Positions 32,425 through 41,968 of a stretch of DNA of 64,000 nucleotides are shown piece by piece. Where the stretch lies: assembly GCA_963777605.1 (NCBI GenBank), contig CAVZRV010000010.1, positions 480,001 through 544,000 of the forward strand, read 5' to 3'. The notes below the pieces were generated by a model, which was not told the DNA's origin, did no database searches, and was given only the letters and a program-made list of their open reading frames with translations. Within the stretch, counting starts at the first letter, position 1; each line of letters opens with the position of its first letter. Made by a program: the position numbers and the translations under genes. Source of the DNA: an uncultured Acidobacteriota bacterium. Lineage in GTDB: Bacteria; Acidobacteriota; UBA6911; RPQK01; JAPXNP01.

Positions 32425-33131
32425 TGGAACACCCAGATCAACGAATTCCTCAGTCCTTCCGCAAGCACTCGCCGGAATTCCGGCATGTCGGGCATCCGTC
32501 TCAGCAGCCAATCCTGGTTGACCTCGATTTCGATTCCCACGTACCTGTTACCCAGTTCCTTCCTGAGGGTGACCACGAACCCGTCTGCGGTCCCTCGGTA
32601 AGGATAATTCCGCCGGAGTCTGACCGGCAGGGCCCCTAACCGCAAGGAGTCGATCCAGGCATCGGCCAGTCTCTTTTCCAGCGGGCGACTCGGATCGTAA
32701 AGCACTCCAATATCAGCATTTCGGACCACTCCGTTCAGCTCCGGAACGAATGAATGGACAGAGACGTGAACTACCTGTCCCAGCCTCTCCTGGACTTCCC
32801 GGAGGATTGCCTCCACGCGAGACCGGTAGGGTACGTAGTAGATGCCTGAAACTCTTTCTTTGAGACTTTCGGGCAGCGGTCGGGTCACCTCAGAGAAGCG
32901 CCCCCGGTGTCGAAGAGACCGGTTAAGGTCGACCAGAAGTCGAGTCGTTCTCGCGATCAGACAAGAGCAGGACAGCGCCGAACTGAGCGACTCAGCCAAC
33001 TCCGCCGCACCCGGATCAAAGCCACGGTGGCTCTCAAGGAGCTCCCTTCTGCCCGCGAACAGATATTGAAATTCTTCAGGAACTTCGTTGCCACCGTGTT
33101 CACAGCTAATGACGAGGGGCAAGTCGCGCAT
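32421..33131 (-). CDS. N-formylglutamate amidohydrolase family protein
   Basis: ISCEHGGN, HRGFDPGA, RLLVDLNR, SVHSF.P, NYPY, IEIEVNQ. Confidence 0.9.
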   Translation of the reverse strand: MRDLPLVISCEHGGNEVPEEFQYLFAGRRELLESHRGFDPGAAELAESLSSALSCSCLIARTTRLLVDLNRSLRHRGRFSEVTRPLPESLKERVSGIYYVPYRSRVEAILREVQERLGQVVHVSVHSFVPELNGVVRNADIGVLYDPSRPLEKRLADAWIDSLRLGALPVRLRRNYPYRGTADGFVVTLRKELGNRYVGIEIEVNQDWLLRRMPDMPEFRRVLAEGLRNSLIWVFQ

Positions 33132-34356
33132 CGAAGAGTTCTCCCTTTGCCAGGGCAGTGGCAAGCCGGAGGTACACTCGGGAGATCGCCTCGCGGCTGC
33201 TGTTGCCTGCGAGCGCGGCGACGATGCGCTCTGCGAGGGTCTCCACTGAGATCAGGGCCCCGATTTCTTCAGCCGCAGCGTTATCCAGCCGGTCGGCGAC
33301 TCCTTCGAATATGGCTCTCCATAAATCGCGGGCCCTCAATGGCCCTTTGTCGCCCACGCCAAGGGCTTCCAGGTAGTCAATATTTCCGATCACATACTGC
33401 CCGCCCTGCCGAACAGTTCCTTCGAGAATCTCCAGAAGCGGTGGAATCTCCCAATCCTGCTGGGAAGCCCAGGTTGACCAACGCTCCTCCACCAGACCCT
33501 CCAGGAGCTCCACGATCAGACGATAGACGGCCAGGTCCGCCGTCGGGGACTCCTGGATATCGAGGACGCGAATCTCGATCGCGTTGCGGTCAAACCTCGG
33601 GATTGCTCCCCGCGAGTTGAGCCATTCGAACTGCAGAATCCCTTCCGGGTCATGGGGGGAGATGTCCCGGTAGATTCGAGACAGTATCCGGTTTTGATAC
33701 TCGTCGGGAGTAAACACGGCCTCCGGAATCACCAAACCGGTGATCGAGGGAACCCGTCGCTGATTCGTCCGGTAAAAGGAGAGGCGGTTGTCCGCCAACC
33801 CGGTGACTCTGCCGTCCACAATCGGAGAACTCGCCGCCAGGGCCGGAATGATGGGCAGCGCCAGACGAATCGCCGCATGGAGGCGACCAAACTCCTGGTC
33901 GTCCCCGAAAGGGAGGTTCATGTGAAGGCTTTGCAGGTTCGACCATCCGTGGCCTTGGCATCCAAAAATCCGGTTGTACGATTCATATACCGGGCTGTAC
34001 TCATGCGGCCACAGGGAGGCCTCCACAATGGGATTCATCCAGGGGTGCATAGCAGTCGGCATAAGACAGCAACCCCATTCCGCCAGAATCGAATTTGCCT
34101 GTTCAACCCCCGCCTGGAACTGAGCGTCCAGACCGTCCAGCGTTGCAGAGGGCCCGTTGGTCTTCAACTCAATAACATGAAGCACGAGTTCGTTGCACCA
34201 GGCGACCGGGCCAAGTTCGACTTCGGACACGTAACTGCCGGCTACCGCCTTCAGCAGTTCGTCGGAAACAGGGGCCACCGAGAGTTCGGCGCTGCGGACG
34301 ATCATGTACTCGAGTTCGACACCAAAGCCCTGGAAAAGGCCGAGGGGAGACGTCAA
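33106..34356 (-). CDS. Glutamate--cysteine ligase family 2 (GCS2) carboxylate-amine ligase
   Basis: FGVELEY, ELVLHVIELKT, LHMNL, ASSP, NSRG..RFDRNAIEIRVLD. Confidence 0.9.
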   Translation of the reverse strand: MTSPLGLFQGFGVELEYMIVRSAELSVAPVSDELLKAVAGSYVSEVELGPVAWCNELVLHVIELKTNGPSATLDGLDAQFQAGVEQANSILAEWGCCLMPTAMHPWMNPIVEASLWPHEYSPVYESYNRIFGCQGHGWSNLQSLHMNLPFGDDQEFGRLHAAIRLALPIIPALAASSPIVDGRVTGLADNRLSFYRTNQRRVPSITGLVIPEAVFTPDEYQNRILSRIYRDISPHDPEGILQFEWLNSRGAIPRFDRNAIEIRVLDIQESPTADLAVYRLIVELLEGLVEERWSTWASQQDWEIPPLLEILEGTVRQGGQYVIGNIDYLEALGVGDKGPLRARDLWRAIFEGVADRLDNAAAEEIGALISVETLAERIVAALAGNSSREAISRVYLRLATALAKGELFDARLAPRH

Positions 34357-35819
34357 GAGGCGACTCCTTTAAGGCGGTCCAACCGGGAACTGAAAACGGA
34401 CAGGATTTTCGTGTAAAGCTGATCCTTGAGAAGCGCATCTTCGTAGCCAGCATCCACACTCGGGTTGTCGTTCACCTCGATAACAACAGCTTTGTCGCCG
34501 ATCTCCTTCAAGTCGACTCCATAGAATCCGTCACCTATCAAACCAGCCGCTTTCAGGGCCGTGCCCACCACGAGTGCCGGGGCCTCTTCAATTGGCACCG
34601 CTTCAACCCGACCGTACTCACTCCGACCCTCTCCCGCAGATTTGATTATTTGCCAGTGCCTGCGTGCCATATGATACCGGCAGACATAGATCGGTTCGCG
34701 GTTGATGATCCCGACACGCCAGTCGAAGGCGGTGGGCACGAATTCCTGAGCAATTACAAGTTCAGATCGGTCGAGGAGGCGATCCAGCTGCGTCTGCAGT
34801 TCTTGGGGCGTTTCCGCCTTGGAGACCCCTTGTGAAAATGAACTGTCCGGCTGCTTGAGAATACAGGGGAACCCAAGGGCGTCGGCAACCTGCCCGGGAG
34901 CGCTGCGGCTGACCACGAGGGTACGCGGCACTGGAATACCATGCCGAACAAGCAACTCGGCCAGGTAAACCTTGTTCGTACATCGCAGGATTGAATCCGG
35001 GTCGTCAATCACGACGAGGCCTTCAGCGCTTGCTCGTCTGGAGAAACGATACGTGTAGTGATTGACGTTGGTGGTGTCTCGAATGAAGAGTGCGTCGAAC
35101 TCTGCCAAACGCCCGAAGTCCTCCCGGGTGATTATCTCAACCGAAAAGCCAAGATCCTCGGCAGCTGAGACAAAGCGGCGGATCGCTCTCTCGTTGGAGG
35201 CGGTAGGACCCGCAGATGGGTCCCAGAGAATGGCAAGGTCGTAACGGGTCGCCGTCTTTCGCGGAACGCGAATTCCCGGTGCGGAGAGGTATTCCTGGGC
35301 GGCGTCTGCTACAAATGAACGATGGTCCTGCGGCACTTCGCTGACCCCGATCAGGCTCAGATCCCTGAGTTCCCACTCGTCACTGAATCGGAACTTGGCC
35401 CGCAGCAAAGGAGCCTCGAACAATCGGAACAAGCTCCTGCTCAGTCGGTCATAACGCTTGGCAACGTTCTTGCCGAAGTAAATGCTCAAAACGAATTCGG
35501 ACGACCGGATCGGTCTCAGACTTCGCTGTATGATTTCATCAAGATCGTCGGAAATCGCCCGGAAAATTGCCTGTGTCTTCAAGTCCTGAATCGTGGCGAC
35601 GGTGGGGATCGGCTTGTGGCCCCGGGCCTGCGCCAGTAGGGAGACGTAGTAGCCCAGACTCTGGTACCGGTAGCTCCGACACAGGTTGAACACCTTTAAC
35701 CGACGGACACGGCTAAATTCAGGGTTGGTCAGGTAGGATCGGGCCGAGATGATCTCAACACCGGGGATATCCAAGGTCCAGTTTGCCGGGTTTTGAACTA
35801 CCAGGATCGCATTGCTCAC
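34353..35819 (-). CDS. RimK-family ATP-grasp ligase with N-terminal RLAN domain
   Basis: RLAN motif NLCRSYRYQSLGYYVSLLAQARGH; ATP-grasp CTNKVY, ILKQPDSSFSQGV, QEF..FDWRV, GVDLKE..IEVNDNP. Confidence 0.92.
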   Translation of the reverse strand: MSNAILVVQNPANWTLDIPGVEIISARSYLTNPEFSRVRRLKVFNLCRSYRYQSLGYYVSLLAQARGHKPIPTVATIQDLKTQAIFRAISDDLDEIIQRSLRPIRSSEFVLSIYFGKNVAKRYDRLSRSLFRLFEAPLLRAKFRFSDEWELRDLSLIGVSEVPQDHRSFVADAAQEYLSAPGIRVPRKTATRYDLAILWDPSAGPTASNERAIRRFVSAAEDLGFSVEIITREDFGRLAEFDALFIRDTTNVNHYTYRFSRRASAEGLVVIDDPDSILRCTNKVYLAELLVRHGIPVPRTLVVSRSAPGQVADALGFPCILKQPDSSFSQGVSKAETPQELQTQLDRLLDRSELVIAQEFVPTAFDWRVGIINREPIYVCRYHMARRHWQIIKSAGEGRSEYGRVEAVPIEEAPALVVGTALKAAGLIGDGFYGVDLKEIGDKAVVIEVNDNPSVDAGYEDALLKDQLYTKILSVFSSRLDRLKGVAS

Positions 35820-35822
35820 CGC

Positions 35823-36548
35823 CTACGGCACCTCCCGACGGGTGATCACGAGGAGGTTCGCGTCGTAAGTGAGCGTCCCCAGCAGGATTGAAGAAATCAC
35901 CCGATTGATATCCATGTCGTAGAACTGCGAGTTGAAAAGCGGGTTAGGATGAAGCGGATCAGCGATACGCACCTTATGCTGTGAACCGAGAAAGCTGCAA
36001 AGAATCACAAAGTGGCCGGCCGGTTCCCCGCGGACATCGTCATAGTCATCATCGATCTCACGCGAACAGTTGTACAGATAGGTGGCACTCAAGCCAGTCA
36101 AAATCGGAGTACCTTGGGACAGAATCCGTTGCAGCAAGTCAGCTGTCAAGTCCTCGAATCGAACAATTCCTCCCTCTTCAAGGAACGACTGGTACTCCGA
36201 CATGATCTTTCTTAGCTTTCGCCCCGACTTGACCCTCTCCTGCTGACCCAGTTTATCAATCAGCCGAACCGAAAGGTCGCTGAACCAGGTGGGGTCAAAA
36301 AGCTGCAGATTGTACGTGTAAATTGTGGCGTCAAACCCTGACCGAAGGGCGTGATTACCCAGGGTAACAGCAACGGTTCCTCCACCCTCCAACTGTTCAA
36401 TCTCGTGGATCAATTCGCCCAGTTCGACTTCCTTCCCGTAGTGCCCATAAATTCCGTGAAGGCAGGTCGGGCCGCACGTCCGATCGTCCGGTTGGGGCAG
36501 GATTTCCAGGTGGATTTGGTGATAGAAGGTGCTTGGCTTCGAGGACAA
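35823..36548 (-). CDS. Papain-like peptidase C39-like (DUF3335-related) protein
   Basis: QPDDRTCGPTCL (Gln/Cys), GHFVIL (His), IADP (Asp). TTG 36548 follows a GGGAG RBS; the ORF track extends to 36635. Confidence 0.85.
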   Translation of the reverse strand: MSSKPSTFYHQIHLEILPQPDDRTCGPTCLHGIYGHYGKEVELGELIHEIEQLEGGGTVAVTLGNHALRSGFDATIYTYNLQLFDPTWFSDLSVRLIDKLGQQERVKSGRKLRKIMSEYQSFLEEGGIVRFEDLTADLLQRILSQGTPILTGLSATYLYNCSREIDDDYDDVRGEPAGHFVILCSFLGSQHKVRIADPLHPNPLFNSQFYDMDINRVISSILLGTLTYDANLLVITRREVP

Positions 36549-36573
36549 ACCGATACTCCCAGTGGGATTATAG

Positions 36574-36790
36574 ACCGAAACTGGCGACCGCCGCGCGGGC
36601 GTAATGGACTTTCGGCTCCGGTTTCGGAGCTTCAACGAGGTGCTGGATGGTGACGGGAAGGCAGTGCTTGCGAACGCGAGCGTGCAACTGATGTTCGGGT
36701 ACGCTCTCTACTTGCCGGAACTGAACAGCGCAGCGGACCTCCTCCGGACTGCAGACCAACGCATGTATGAAGACAAAATGAAAGGTCGGC
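36574..36790 (+). pseudogene. C-terminal remnant of a GGDEF (diguanylate cyclase) domain
   Basis: FGYALY....AADLLRTADQRMYEDK matches the GGDEF C-terminal helix; in-frame TAG at 36571-36573 upstream and no GG[DE]EF motif. Confidence 0.6.
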
Positions 36791-36966
36791 TTGCCCCGCT
36801 AGCCCGGGGGCGTCCTTCCAGCGGGCTCGTCCGACCTGCGTTGACGGCCTCAGAGTCCCTCATCTATGCTGGTCAGTGTAGATCAGACCAAGTGCCCCGG
36901 TAACGGAGCTTCGCTGATGAGGTGCCTGACCGTTACACCGGGCGGCTTGGGAACGGAGCGCGAGTC

Positions 36967-38251
36967 GTGGATTCGAAGTCGAAGGGAGAGGAACCCCGGC
37001 CGGCCGGGTGGCACACCCGTCGAGAGTTTCTGGAGGCACTGGTTCCGGCTACCTGTGCCACCTGTCTCGCTACGATGTTGCCCGGACACGTCTTGGCCAG
37101 GGCGGCGACGAAGTCTGGATCGACACCCGAAACAATCTTCGAGATCCTCAGAAACGCGCCCGAGGCACGTTACTGGATTGCCCCCGGAGATGCCCCGTCC
37201 TCCTGCCGCGGCTGTCACGACCCGGGCGACGGCATCAATCTTCAGACGGCCCACGATCACAAGGAGCATCCCGTGCAGTGCCAACTCTGTGCACGCCAGT
37301 GCCTGATCTTCGAAGGTGAACGCGGGATGTGTCGATCCCGCATGAACGTCGGAGGCAAACTGAGAAGCCTGGTTTACGGCCGCCCCGCCGCAGTCCACGT
37401 TGATCCCATTGAGAAGAAGCCCTTCTACCACTTCCTTCCCGGCGCGATGGCCTTCTCTCTGGCCACAACCGGGTGTCCGCTTCGCTGCAAATTCTGTCAG
37501 AACTGGGAACTTTCCCAGTCCAGCCCCGAGGACTACAGCGTGTCTTTCACCCCGCCCGACCTGGTCGTTTCGGCCGCCAGGGATCGAAAGACCCCGGTGA
37601 TCGCGTTCACCTACAACGAACCGACTGTGTTCATTGAGTACCTCACGGACATCGCCCGGAAGGCCCGCAAGAGAGGAATGGCATCCGTCCTGGTGAGCTG
37701 CGGGTTCATGGCTGAAGAACCGCTTGCCGAGATGTGCGAAGTCCTCGACGGCATCAAGATCGACCTGAAGGGTTACGGCGAGGACTTTTACCGGGAGGTC
37801 TGCGGTGCCCATCTGGGACCGGTCCTGCGCTCGATCAAGCAGATCTCCCAGAGTGGAGTCCACCTCGAGATCGTTAACCTGGTGGTGCCAACCCTGAATG
37901 ACTCGGAACCGATGCTTCGGGAGCTTTCCAACTGGATCGTCGGCGAATTGGGGCCCGACGTACCGATCCATTTCACCCGGTTTCACCCCGACTATCGCCT
38001 GCTGAACCTGCCTCCGACCCCGAGTCTCGACACTGGAAAGGGCTTACGGGATCGCCCGCGCAGCCGGCATTCACTATCCCTACGTGGGCAACGTCCCCGG
38101 GCACCGCGGAGATAACACTTACTGTCCGCGATGCGGGACAGAACTGATCACCCGGAGCGGGTTCTTCGTCGTCGAATCGAAGATCAAGAACGGGCGCTGC
38201 TCCTCCTGCGACTTTCCGATCGCCGGAGTCTGGACCCGAGAAAGTCAGTGA
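36967..38251 (+). CDS. amrS: AmmeMemoRadiSam radical SAM enzyme with Tat-like leader (apparent +1 frameshift near 38023)
   Basis: CQLCARQC......G.C, VDPIEKKPFYHF.PG, CPLRCKFCQNW (CxxxCxxC), TYNEP, TRFHP. C-terminal YVGNVPGH..TYCPRC...CSSC..IAGVW lies in the shifted frame. The ORF track starts at 36922. Confidence 0.92.
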
Positions 38252-38254
38252 AAC

Positions 38255-39820
38255 ATGCGTCACCTCTGGCTGTGCGCTCTTGCCTTATCCCTCGTGCTCA
38301 CGGCTGAATTCTGCACTGCCGCCGACGATGATATCCGTCCATCGGCGGTTTCCGGTCAGTTCTACCCGGCAGATCCTGCAGTACTCAGGGAAACCGTCGA
38401 TTCGTTCCTGTCGGCAAGCCACAAGAAAGTCGGTGGCAAACCATTTCTCATCGTCTGCCCCCACGCAGGCTACGCCTATTCGGGCAAGGTCGCAGCCGCG
38501 GCATTCAAAGAGGCGGCGGGAAACCGTTACGACCTGGTCATCATCCTCGGCACCAACCACACCACGGCGGGGTTCAACAAGGCAGCGGTCTTCGTCGGCG
38601 ACGGGTTTGAGACGCCGCTCGGGGTTGCGAAGGTCGATCGTTCGGCCGCCTCGCAACTGCTCGATTCTGACTCCATCTTCACCGAGTTCGCCGCGGTTCA
38701 CCGGGCCGAGCACTCCATCGAGGTGCAAGTGCCTTTCATCCAGGTACTTTTTCCCGGCGTTCCGATCGTTCCAATCGTGGTATCGACTACTGATCTTTCC
38801 GACTGCGAGCACATCGGAAGAGAACTTGCCCGGCTTTCAAGAGACCGGTCGGTTTTGATCGTGGCGAGTTCCGATCTTTCCCACTACCCCCGATACCAAG
38901 ACGCAGAGAAGGTCGATCACAAGACCCTCGATCTGATCGTTCAGGAAGACGTCAAGGCACTCCATCGTTACCTGACGCGGATTCCGGGAAGCGCTCCGTC
39001 GCTGGTTACCGGCGCCTGCGGGGAAGGGCCGATCCTGGCGGGGATATGTGCAGCCCGCACACTCGGAATCGAACACGGCATCCAGATAGCGTACGCCAAC
39101 TCGGGGGATCTCCTCCCCGGTAGCCGCGACCGGGTTGTCGGCTACGGAGCAGTGGCGTTCCTTTACAGTGCCCCGGCCGGTAGTACCCCGGCCGTCGATC
39201 CTGCCGTTCCGCCAGCGCCTTCTGATGGGCGAAACAAACCAGGGCCGTCCAGCGAAACGCTCGACAGCAACACGAAGCGCGCTCTCCTGCGACTGGCTCG
39301 CCGGGCCATTACCGAGTTCGTCACGAGCGGACGAGACTTCGAGGAAATGACCGGGAAAACGAAGATTTCGTTTCGGGCGGGCGCGTTCGTCACTCTTCGC
39401 GAGAACGGCCGATTGAGAGGTTGCATCGGCCGGCTGGAGCCCGACCTGCCGCTCGAGGAAGTCATCGCCCGGTACGCAGTCTACGCAGCAACGCAGGATC
39501 CCCGCTTCAACCCGGTCAGGCCGGCCGAAGTGAAGCAGTTGGATATCGAGATCTCAGTGCTCAGCACTCCCAGGCCGGTGCCCGGTTTCCAGGCCATCCG
39601 AATCGGTCGGGACGGTGTAGTGCTGACGAAGGACGGGCACTCAGCCACGTTCCTTCCCCAGGTCGCCGACGAACAGCACTGGAGTCGTAACGAAATGCTC
39701 TCCAACCTCTGTCTGAAGGCCGGACTCGAGGAAAACTGCTGGACCGAGGGTGCCCGATTCGAAACTTACCAGGCAACCGTGTTCAGCGAAACCGATCTTG
39801 CGCCCGAGACGCCACGTTGA
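38255..39820 (+). CDS. amrB: AmmeMemoRadiSam protein B (Memo) - protein A (AMMECR1) fusion with signal peptide
   Basis: PHAGYAYSG, LGTNH, EHSIEVQVPF, SSDLSHY, ACG, VVGY; Pro/Ala linker; FVTL...LRGCIG, DPRF, FLPQV, LCLKAG. N-terminus MRHLWLCALALSLVLTAEFCTA. Confidence 0.93.
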   Translation: MRHLWLCALALSLVLTAEFCTAADDDIRPSAVSGQFYPADPAVLRETVDSFLSASHKKVGGKPFLIVCPHAGYAYSGKVAAAAFKEAAGNRYDLVIILGTNHTTAGFNKAAVFVGDGFETPLGVAKVDRSAASQLLDSDSIFTEFAAVHRAEHSIEVQVPFIQVLFPGVPIVPIVVSTTDLSDCEHIGRELARLSRDRSVLIVASSDLSHYPRYQDAEKVDHKTLDLIVQEDVKALHRYLTRIPGSAPSLVTGACGEGPILAGICAARTLGIEHGIQIAYANSGDLLPGSRDRVVGYGAVAFLYSAPAGSTPAVDPAVPPAPSDGRNKPGPSSETLDSNTKRALLRLARRAITEFVTSGRDFEEMTGKTKISFRAGAFVTLRENGRLRGCIGRLEPDLPLEEVIARYAVYAATQDPRFNPVRPAEVKQLDIEISVLSTPRPVPGFQAIRIGRDGVVLTKDGHSATFLPQVADEQHWSRNEMLSNLCLKAGLEENCWTEGARFETYQATVFSETDLAPETPR

Positions 39821-41955
39821 AAATTGAACTTTTCGTGATCGGCCTGGTATCCATTCTCGGCCAGGTCGTGATCCTGCGAGAGCTCAACGTAGCCTTCTTC
39901 GGCATCGAGCTGATTTACATCCTTGCGATCGGGAGTTGGTTGCTTGGAACCACGGCAGGAGCAATCATTTTCGGCCGCAGACTTCGACCTCCCCGAAGCG
40001 GGATCGAGGTAATGCTTCTTGCAGCCGCATTGCTCGTCCCCGCGGAAGTGGTCTTTCTCCGCGGGCACCGGCTCCTCTTCGGGGGAGTTGCCGGGGCTTA
40101 CCTCTCCTACGAACACCAACTCGCCTCGCTGATCCTGGCAACCTGCCCTGTCGGACTCGTGCTTGGTCTCCTCTTTCAGTGGGCAGCCAAGCGATACTGT
40201 GCTGACACGGGCAGCCTGGGCCGAGCCTATGCGATCGAGAGCCTGGGAGGGCTCGTCGGAGGGGTTGTCTCGTTCGGCTCTCTCTCGCTCACAATCCCCA
40301 ACCTCGCAGTGGCGCTGATCTGCGGCCTGGCGGCCGCTGCTCCGTTGGTTTTGTGCCGGAGGAACCGGGTCGTGGTGTTGGCCGGAGGATTGGCGATCTC
40401 CCTGTTTGGCCTGGCTCTCTGGTTCTCACCAACCCTCGACCTGGGCCTGACCGCTCTCAACCACCCCAACCTCGTTTCATCCCTTGACACTCCTTACGGC
40501 CGGATCACGGTTTGTCGGGAAGGTGGCCAGGTGACGGTATTCAAAGACGACGTCTACGTCTACGAAAGCCAGGAAAACTCGGCGGAAGAACTGGTTCACT
40601 TGGCAGCTCTCCAGGTAGCAGAGCCACGCCGGATCCTGGTAATTGGTGGAGGGGTTTTTGGCCTCGTTCGTGAGGCTTCAAGGTACCGGCCGGAGACTCT
40701 CGACTCGTTCGAGATCAATGCGAAGATGGAGCAATTCGTCGGCAAGTTCCTCATGCCGGATCAGAGTTCCGCCAGGGTTACACCGACCTCCCGGCTGGAG
40801 GCCGGGGAACCTCGCCAACTTCTTCGCCAGTCCGGCCGGTACGATCTCATCATTTTGGGAATCCCGGATCCCGACTCGGGGCAGGACAATCGCTTCTTTA
40901 CCCAGGAATTCTTTCAGTTGGTCCGGGAGCACCTCACCCAGGAGGGAGTCCTGGCCTTCCGGCTCGGCACTACCCCAAACGTCTTCACCCAGGCACGGCT
41001 TGCCCGGGACGGAAGCATCGGGCGTGCCCTCGCCGATGTCTTTCCCGATACCATCGCCCTGCCGGCAACCTCAACCATTGTCGTCGCCGGCCTGCGGCCC
41101 CTGAACCGGGACACTACCCTGCTCGAAGCTCGGTGGCAGACACGAAACATCAAAACCCGGCTCGTTTCCGTTCCCTACATCGACTACCTCTTCAACGGAG
41201 ATCGTTTTCCGGCGTTGAACCGTCAACTGTTTGAAACGGACGTAACGCCGAACCGGGACCTGGCGCCGGTTTGTTTTCGTTATTCGACCTGGATTTGGCT
41301 CTCGCGGATTTTCCCCTCCCTGACCAACCGCCTGCCGACCGGGCCCGGGTCTGCGGCATGGACTATTGCCGCAATGTTCTGTCTCGCCGCAGGTTGTCTG
41401 GCCTGGATGCTTGCCCGCAAGTCCCGGAGGCTCCAGGCGATTTTGCTCATGACCCTGGCAGCGGCCGCCGGGATGTTCCTCGAAACCCTCCTTCTCCTCT
41501 ACTACGAGACCCGGCACGGAGTACTCTACCGGGACCTGGGCCTGCTCCTGATGATGTTCATGCTTGGCCTCGCAGCCGGGGCCGCATCCCTCTCCTCCTG
41601 GCTCGGCAACCAGTCTCGGATCGGGAGGCGCTGGGGAGTCGTCCTGTCGGCCGGCTTCCTCTTGCTCTCGCTCACCTACATCCTCTCGCTCAGAATCGCT
41701 TCGGGAGCTTCGCTCGAACTCGTTGCCCTGCAACTCTTTGGAGCAGGCCTGATGGTGGCGGGCGTCTTCATCTACTGCAGCCGGAAAGGTGTCCAGGATG
41801 AGAGAAGTGTCGTGTCGCCGCTGTACGCCGCCGACTTGCTGGGGGGCTTTGCCGCGACCTTGATCGGAAGCCTTTTACTGCTTCCGTTCCTGGGTTTCGT
41901 GCTGTCTGGCTGGGTCGTCTTCGGAGTCGCTCTGGCGACGCTGCTATTCGTCTGA
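39817..41955 (+). CDS. Polytopic membrane protein with central spermidine-synthase-like SAM-binding domain
   Basis: About 7 N-terminal TMs (AYAIESLGGLVGG), DTPYGRI, ILVIGGG, YDLIILGIPDP, NRFFTQEFF, NRDLAP, about 6 C-terminal TMs (LYAADLLGG); TTGA overlap with amrBA. Confidence 0.85.
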   Translation: MKIELFVIGLVSILGQVVILRELNVAFFGIELIYILAIGSWLLGTTAGAIIFGRRLRPPRSGIEVMLLAAALLVPAEVVFLRGHRLLFGGVAGAYLSYEHQLASLILATCPVGLVLGLLFQWAAKRYCADTGSLGRAYAIESLGGLVGGVVSFGSLSLTIPNLAVALICGLAAAAPLVLCRRNRVVVLAGGLAISLFGLALWFSPTLDLGLTALNHPNLVSSLDTPYGRITVCREGGQVTVFKDDVYVYESQENSAEELVHLAALQVAEPRRILVIGGGVFGLVREASRYRPETLDSFEINAKMEQFVGKFLMPDQSSARVTPTSRLEAGEPRQLLRQSGRYDLIILGIPDPDSGQDNRFFTQEFFQLVREHLTQEGVLAFRLGTTPNVFTQARLARDGSIGRALADVFPDTIALPATSTIVVAGLRPLNRDTTLLEARWQTRNIKTRLVSVPYIDYLFNGDRFPALNRQLFETDVTPNRDLAPVCFRYSTWIWLSRIFPSLTNRLPTGPGSAAWTIAAMFCLAAGCLAWMLARKSRRLQAILLMTLAAAAGMFLETLLLLYYETRHGVLYRDLGLLLMMFMLGLAAGAASLSSWLGNQSRIGRRWGVVLSAGFLLLSLTYILSLRIASGASLELVALQLFGAGLMVAGVFIYCSRKGVQDERSVVSPLYAADLLGGFAATLIGSLLLLPFLGFVLSGWVVFGVALATLLFV

Positions 41956-41968
41956 TCGAGTAGGACGA

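Noticed and set aside
31410-36903. Graspetide/RiPP cluster with a nearby precursor peptide
   Set aside because: The ATP-grasp is RLAN-RimK type. The flanking small ORFs are better explained as remnants of a surface protein and a GGDEF domain, and no repeated Thr/Ser/Lys-Asp/Glu core was seen.
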